A stretch of 64,000 nucleotides of DNA from Candidatus Eiseniibacteriota bacterium. Its GTDB lineage: Bacteria; Eisenbacteria; RBG-16-71-46; JABDJR01. Location: positions 640,001 through 704,000 of the forward strand of contig CAWANH010000029.1 in assembly GCA_963783375.1 (NCBI GenBank). Reading direction: 5' to 3'. The notes beneath the pieces are model-generated. The model did not search any database. It saw only the letters and a list, made by a program, of their open reading frames with translations, and was not told where the DNA came from. Shown piece by piece: positions 60,413 through 64,000 of this stretch. The position numbers were made by a program, and so were the translations under genes. The stretch's first letter is position 1; each line of letters opens with the position of its first letter.

Positions 60413-61312
60413 TCAGACCGCCTTGTGATGCACCTCCATGTCCACCAGAGTATCTACCAGTTCCACCGAGGCCTCTTCCATCTCCAGCACGAACCGGTCG
60501 ATGCGGGAAATGAAGTAGTTGTTCGCGATCTGGACCGGGATAGCGATGATGAGTCCGGTGGCGGTGGTGATCAGGGCCTCCGAAATACCGGTGGCCACCA
60601 GCTTGGCGCTCACCTGCTCGGCGGCGGCGATGGCCTCGAAGGCGTGGATCATCCCCGACACCGTGCCCAGGAACCCGAGCAGCGGAGCCACGTTGGCGAT
60701 GGAGGCCAGCACGATGAGCCCCTTCTGGAGGAAGGACATCTCGATGGTGCCGGCGGACTCGATCGCCTTCTCCACCGCCTCGGGCCCCTTCGACGCCCGC
60801 ATCAGGCCGGCGTGGAGGATGGCCGCGATGGGTCCGCGCGTGCGCTGGCACACCTCGATGGCTCCCTGGAGCCCTTCGCTCTTGAGCGCCCCGATCACCT
60901 GGCTCATGAGCTTGCGGGTGTTGACCCGGGCGCGGCTCAAGGTCCACGCCCGCTCCAGAATCACGCCGAGCCCGAGCAGGGAACAGAACAGGAGCGGCCA
61001 CATGAACACGCCGCCCTTTTCGAAGAACTCGATGAGGAAGCCCTGCTTCGGAAGCGTGGCTTCCGGCTCGTCCGACGACTCGGGGAGGGTCGGCAGGGCA
61101 TCGCTCATTGTGGCCGATCCGGCGGAATCCGCCGATCCGGGCATGTCTTGCTGGGCGGCCTCACCTTGATCCGCGGCGGTTCCCTGGTCCTGGACGGCGG
61201 GAGCGGACCCCTGTCCCTCCTGAGCCAGAACGGGAGAGGCGGGCAGGGCCACCAGGGCCAGAAGGCCGGCGAGGGCCAGGCCCCACCAGAGATTCCTAGA
61301 CTTCGCGACCAT
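60413..61312 (-). CDS. exbB: ExbB/MotA/TolQ proton channel protein with an N-terminal signal-like extension
   Basis: GGVFMWPL, APLLGFLGTVSGMI, GISEALITTATGL. Confidence 0.92.
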   Translation of the reverse strand: MVAKSRNLWWGLALAGLLALVALPASPVLAQEGQGSAPAVQDQGTAADQGEAAQQDMPGSADSAGSATMSDALPTLPESSDEPEATLPKQGFLIEFFEKGGVFMWPLLFCSLLGLGVILERAWTLSRARVNTRKLMSQVIGALKSEGLQGAIEVCQRTRGPIAAILHAGLMRASKGPEAVEKAIESAGTIEMSFLQKGLIVLASIANVAPLLGFLGTVSGMIHAFEAIAAAEQVSAKLVATGISEALITTATGLIIAIPVQIANNYFISRIDRFVLEMEEASVELVDTLVDMEVHHKAV

Positions 61313-61732
61313 CGACAGATCTCCTTAGACGAGAGGTTGTAGGCACCAGATCACGCTGCGATAGACCCGATCGAAGGCAACCACGGGCCCAGGTCCACCG
61401 ATCCACCCGGGAATCCGGAGGGCCGTCCCGTCTTGACGGCGGTTGCTCCGGAATCGCCGTTCGGCATTCGGGGCGCCGCACCCGTCGAAATCGACGCTCG
61501 ACGGGCGAGGATGCTCCGGGGAGCCGACTTTGAACTCGACGAGGCCATCATGGAAGAGGGAATCACTCCGGGTCCGGTATTCCCCCGCCGCCCGGGGCCG
61601 CTCCGGGCCTCGGACCGGGCGGACAACGCCGGATCCGAAGCCGGACCATGAGGGCCATCCGGCGGGATGTGACCGTAAGAGTGTCGGAGGAGGCAACGAG
61701 CGGTCCGCACCACCGACCGCCCAACCCGAAGG

Positions 61733-61761
61733 AGCATAGGCGCATGTAAAGATGCTGTCAA
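61733..61761 (-). promoter_or_regulatory. sigma70-like promoter (proximal) upstream of exbB
   Basis: TTGACA-17 nt-TATGCT. Confidence 0.7.
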
Positions 61762-62000
61762 GACCGTGGTCCCTCCCCGCCGGGAGTTCCGTTGTCGGCA
61801 CAACGCTCGACTCGGCAACGGTTTGCATCCCCGTCCCCCTCCCCTGCTCCGGCGCCGCCCCACTCCGACGGTCCCGCGAGCCTCTCCTCGTCCGGCCACC
61901 CTGCCGGCGGTAAAGGGGGACCCTTCTCAGGCCGATACCTGACGGGAGTCCCCTTTCTGGACTGGAGCGGGGAACCCGGAGACTGCAAAACGAAGCCAGC

Positions 62001-62029
62001 ACTATAGGTTGGGCGTCCCCCGGTGTCAA
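62001..62029 (-). promoter_or_regulatory. sigma70-like promoter (distal) upstream of exbB
   Basis: TTGACA-17 nt-TATAGT, near consensus. Confidence 0.72.
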
Positions 62030-62054
62030 CCGAGGGGTGCCGGGAGGCAGAGGC

Positions 62055-63950
62055 ATGCGGCTCGTCGCTACATTGAGCGTACTCTTACTGGCCCTGGCGG
62101 TTCCCGCGCCGGCGACTGCGAGCCCGGCAGACACCCCCGGGATCTACTCGGCCACGACCGGAGATCTCTCCGATCCCAAGGCGGTGCTCGACGCGATGCG
62201 GGACATCGGCGCCAGCGAATTGAGCGCCGAGGCCCTGGCCCTCTACCAGGAAGGCATGCAGGCCGCGCGATCCGGACAGAAGACGGCGGCGCTGACGTAC
62301 TTTGAAACCGCGGCGGAAATGGATCCGACTTTTCCCGAACCGTACCTGGCCCTGGCCCGGATTCACCTGTTCTCCTCGCCCGAACAGGCGTTCACCAACC
62401 TGTGGCATGCGTCCCGGGCCGCCACATCGTCCTTCGGGGCCCAGCATCTCCTCCTGGTCAACGTGGTCTTCGGGTTCTTCATCGTGGTGGCCCTCGGTGG
62501 AATCCTGACCACCCTCTACGCTGCCCTGCGAATCATGCCGCGCGTCCACCACACCCTGAGCGAGCTCCTTCACCGATGGTTTCCTCCCTTGCCCGCGGCG
62601 CTCATCGCCCTGGTGATCCTGGCCGCGCCCGCCCTGTGGCGGGTGGGCCTGGTCCCGGTCATGCTCCTCTTCGCCGGAATCATGTGGGCGTGGATGGACA
62701 AGGGGGATCGCCGGTGGGCGATTACCCTGGCCGCGGTCACCGTGGCCGCCCCTCTCGTGCTTTGGGGATTCTCCCCGATCCTCTACTCCCCGCTGGATCC
62801 CTCGAGCCGGCCGTTTCTCCTGAATCGGGCGATGTCGGCCCCCTATTCCACCGCTCTCGAACAGTCGCTCGCCGACGCCGTGGCCCAGAGTCCCGAGGAC
62901 GCCGACCTTCATTTCGCCCTGGGCATGGTGGAGAAGCGGGGACGCCACCTGGACACCGCGGAGTCGGCGTACGAGAACGCGCTCCGCTTCGGCGCCCCCG
63001 AATCCGAGGTGTACAACAACCTCGGGGTGATCGCCTTCCAGAGGAATCAGCACGACCGGGCCCTGGAGTTCTTCCAGAAGGCGATCGAATCCGGCAACAA
63101 GCAGGCCGCCCCTCACTACAACCTGAGCCAGGCGTACGCCAAGAAGCTCCTGTTCGAGAAGGCGGACCAGGAGATGCTGGAGGCGAACCACCTCTCGTTC
63201 AACCGCATCCGGGCCGTGCTCCGACACGGCTCCGGCGGCGGCGAGAACCCGCTCATCGACGAGACCCTGCCCTCGACGGCCATCTGGCACGCGGCGTGGT
63301 CCGCGCCCCGGCGGATGCCCGGTCTTCCGGACTGGATGAAGCTCTGGTTTCCGGGATCGCTGGTGGCCCTGCCCATGATCTCCCTGCCGCTGTTCGTCCT
63401 GGGACTCCTGGCCGGATCGCGCCTCTACCGGGCCCTGGCCAGTTTCGCCTGCGCCAACTGCGGTCGGGCGGTTTGCCGCCGGTGCCTGCGCCGCATCCGC
63501 CGCTCCGCCTATTGCACCTCGTGCGGGGACGCGCTGCTCAGGATCCAGAGTGCCGCCTACTCGCGATTGGTCCTGGATTCGCGCCTCCGGCGAAATCGGG
63601 GCATGACCTCGATCTTCCCCAGGCTGGCAGCGTGGCTCCTGCCCGGCTACCACGCGTCCTGCGTCGGCCACGCCGATCTGGCCGCCGCCCTGGCCATGGG
63701 CACCGCACTGGCCTCCATGGGGCTCGTGCACGACCGTCTTCCGGTCACCCGCCTGGCCTGGCTCGAAAACGGGCCGGGCCTCTGGTGGCCGTTCATTCCG
63801 CTGGCCATCCTGGCCACCGTATTCCTGTTGTCCTGGGTGACCGTCCTCAAGCTCCGAGCGGCCCGTCTGACGGACCGGGAGGAGGAGTCCGGCCTGCCCG
63901 ATGACGTGCCCGCCGACGGGCCCCATCCGGCCCCTCGCAGGGCCGCCTGA
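62055..63950 (+). CDS. TPR-repeat integral membrane protein with a Cys-rich zinc-finger-like motif
   Basis: Signal peptide, TPRs (YNNLGVIAF, HYNLSQAY), several TMs, CANC-x4-CRRC-x9-CTSC. Confidence 0.85.
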   Translation: MRLVATLSVLLLALAVPAPATASPADTPGIYSATTGDLSDPKAVLDAMRDIGASELSAEALALYQEGMQAARSGQKTAALTYFETAAEMDPTFPEPYLALARIHLFSSPEQAFTNLWHASRAATSSFGAQHLLLVNVVFGFFIVVALGGILTTLYAALRIMPRVHHTLSELLHRWFPPLPAALIALVILAAPALWRVGLVPVMLLFAGIMWAWMDKGDRRWAITLAAVTVAAPLVLWGFSPILYSPLDPSSRPFLLNRAMSAPYSTALEQSLADAVAQSPEDADLHFALGMVEKRGRHLDTAESAYENALRFGAPESEVYNNLGVIAFQRNQHDRALEFFQKAIESGNKQAAPHYNLSQAYAKKLLFEKADQEMLEANHLSFNRIRAVLRHGSGGGENPLIDETLPSTAIWHAAWSAPRRMPGLPDWMKLWFPGSLVALPMISLPLFVLGLLAGSRLYRALASFACANCGRAVCRRCLRRIRRSAYCTSCGDALLRIQSAAYSRLVLDSRLRRNRGMTSIFPRLAAWLLPGYHASCVGHADLAAALAMGTALASMGLVHDRLPVTRLAWLENGPGLWWPFIPLAILATVFLLSWVTVLKLRAARLTDREEESGLPDDVPADGPHPAPRRAA

Positions 63951-63972
63951 CCAAGGTCGGAGAGACAAGCGC

Positions 63973-64000
63973 ATGGCGATTCGTGGGGGTCTTTCAGAGT
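63973..64000 (+). CDS. 5' end of the next gene, possibly DUF4388-like (partial)
   Basis: ATG 63973 gives MAIRGGLSE, resembling the MAL.G.L.. start of DUF4388 proteins. Only 9 codons are visible. Confidence 0.35.

Noticed and set aside
61313-62000. Cobalamin or TPP riboswitch, or Fur box, upstream of exbBD-tonB
   Set aside because: No B12-box, TPP core or AT-rich GATAAT-type repeat was recognised by eye. An Rfam scan would be needed to exclude a divergent element.
1-64000. CRISPR arrays, tRNA/rRNA genes, transposases, integrases, prophage
   Set aside because: No spaced direct repeats, cloverleaf structures or recombinase motifs were seen. The phage-tail-like genes are explained by the T6SS.

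Overview
GC-rich (roughly 70% by eye) window from a diderm bacterium. Gene content suggests an uncultured FCB-adjacent or delta-like lineage, which is inference only. Most genes are on the minus strand. (1) 1-20.5 kb: a near-complete type VI secretion locus of the Proteobacterial type (vgrG cut by the window edge, tssH, G, F, E, hcp, tssC, B, A, tagF, tssM, L, K, J) led by an FHA-less TagH C-terminal-domain protein. (2) 20.7-24.3 kb: a divergent envelope operon with PEGA and TPR/CsgG-like proteins. (3) A histidine pseudo-kinase, a cold-shock gene and an oppABCDF-type peptide ABC importer whose OppF carries an extra N-terminal membrane domain. (4) 33-43 kb: an uncharacterised module of a DUF6754-like protein, three further membrane proteins, an orphan GlmL-like ASKHA ATPase, a sandwich-hybrid/KOW protein and two small proteins. 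It is split by DUF2270 and pgaD-like/pgaC genes and is coupled to gcvT-H-PA-PB, which sits behind a Rex/CRP-like palindrome. This is my best candidate for an undescribed system. (5) pepA, uvrA, a TolC/MacA/MacB-type exporter, exbB-exbD-exbD-tonB and a TPR membrane protein. Two genes have single-base homopolymer frameshifts. Several sigma70-like promoters, two sigma28-like promoters and three candidate leader or small RNAs are visible. No tRNA, rRNA, CRISPR array or IS element was recognised. All family assignments come from motif recognition, not database searches.
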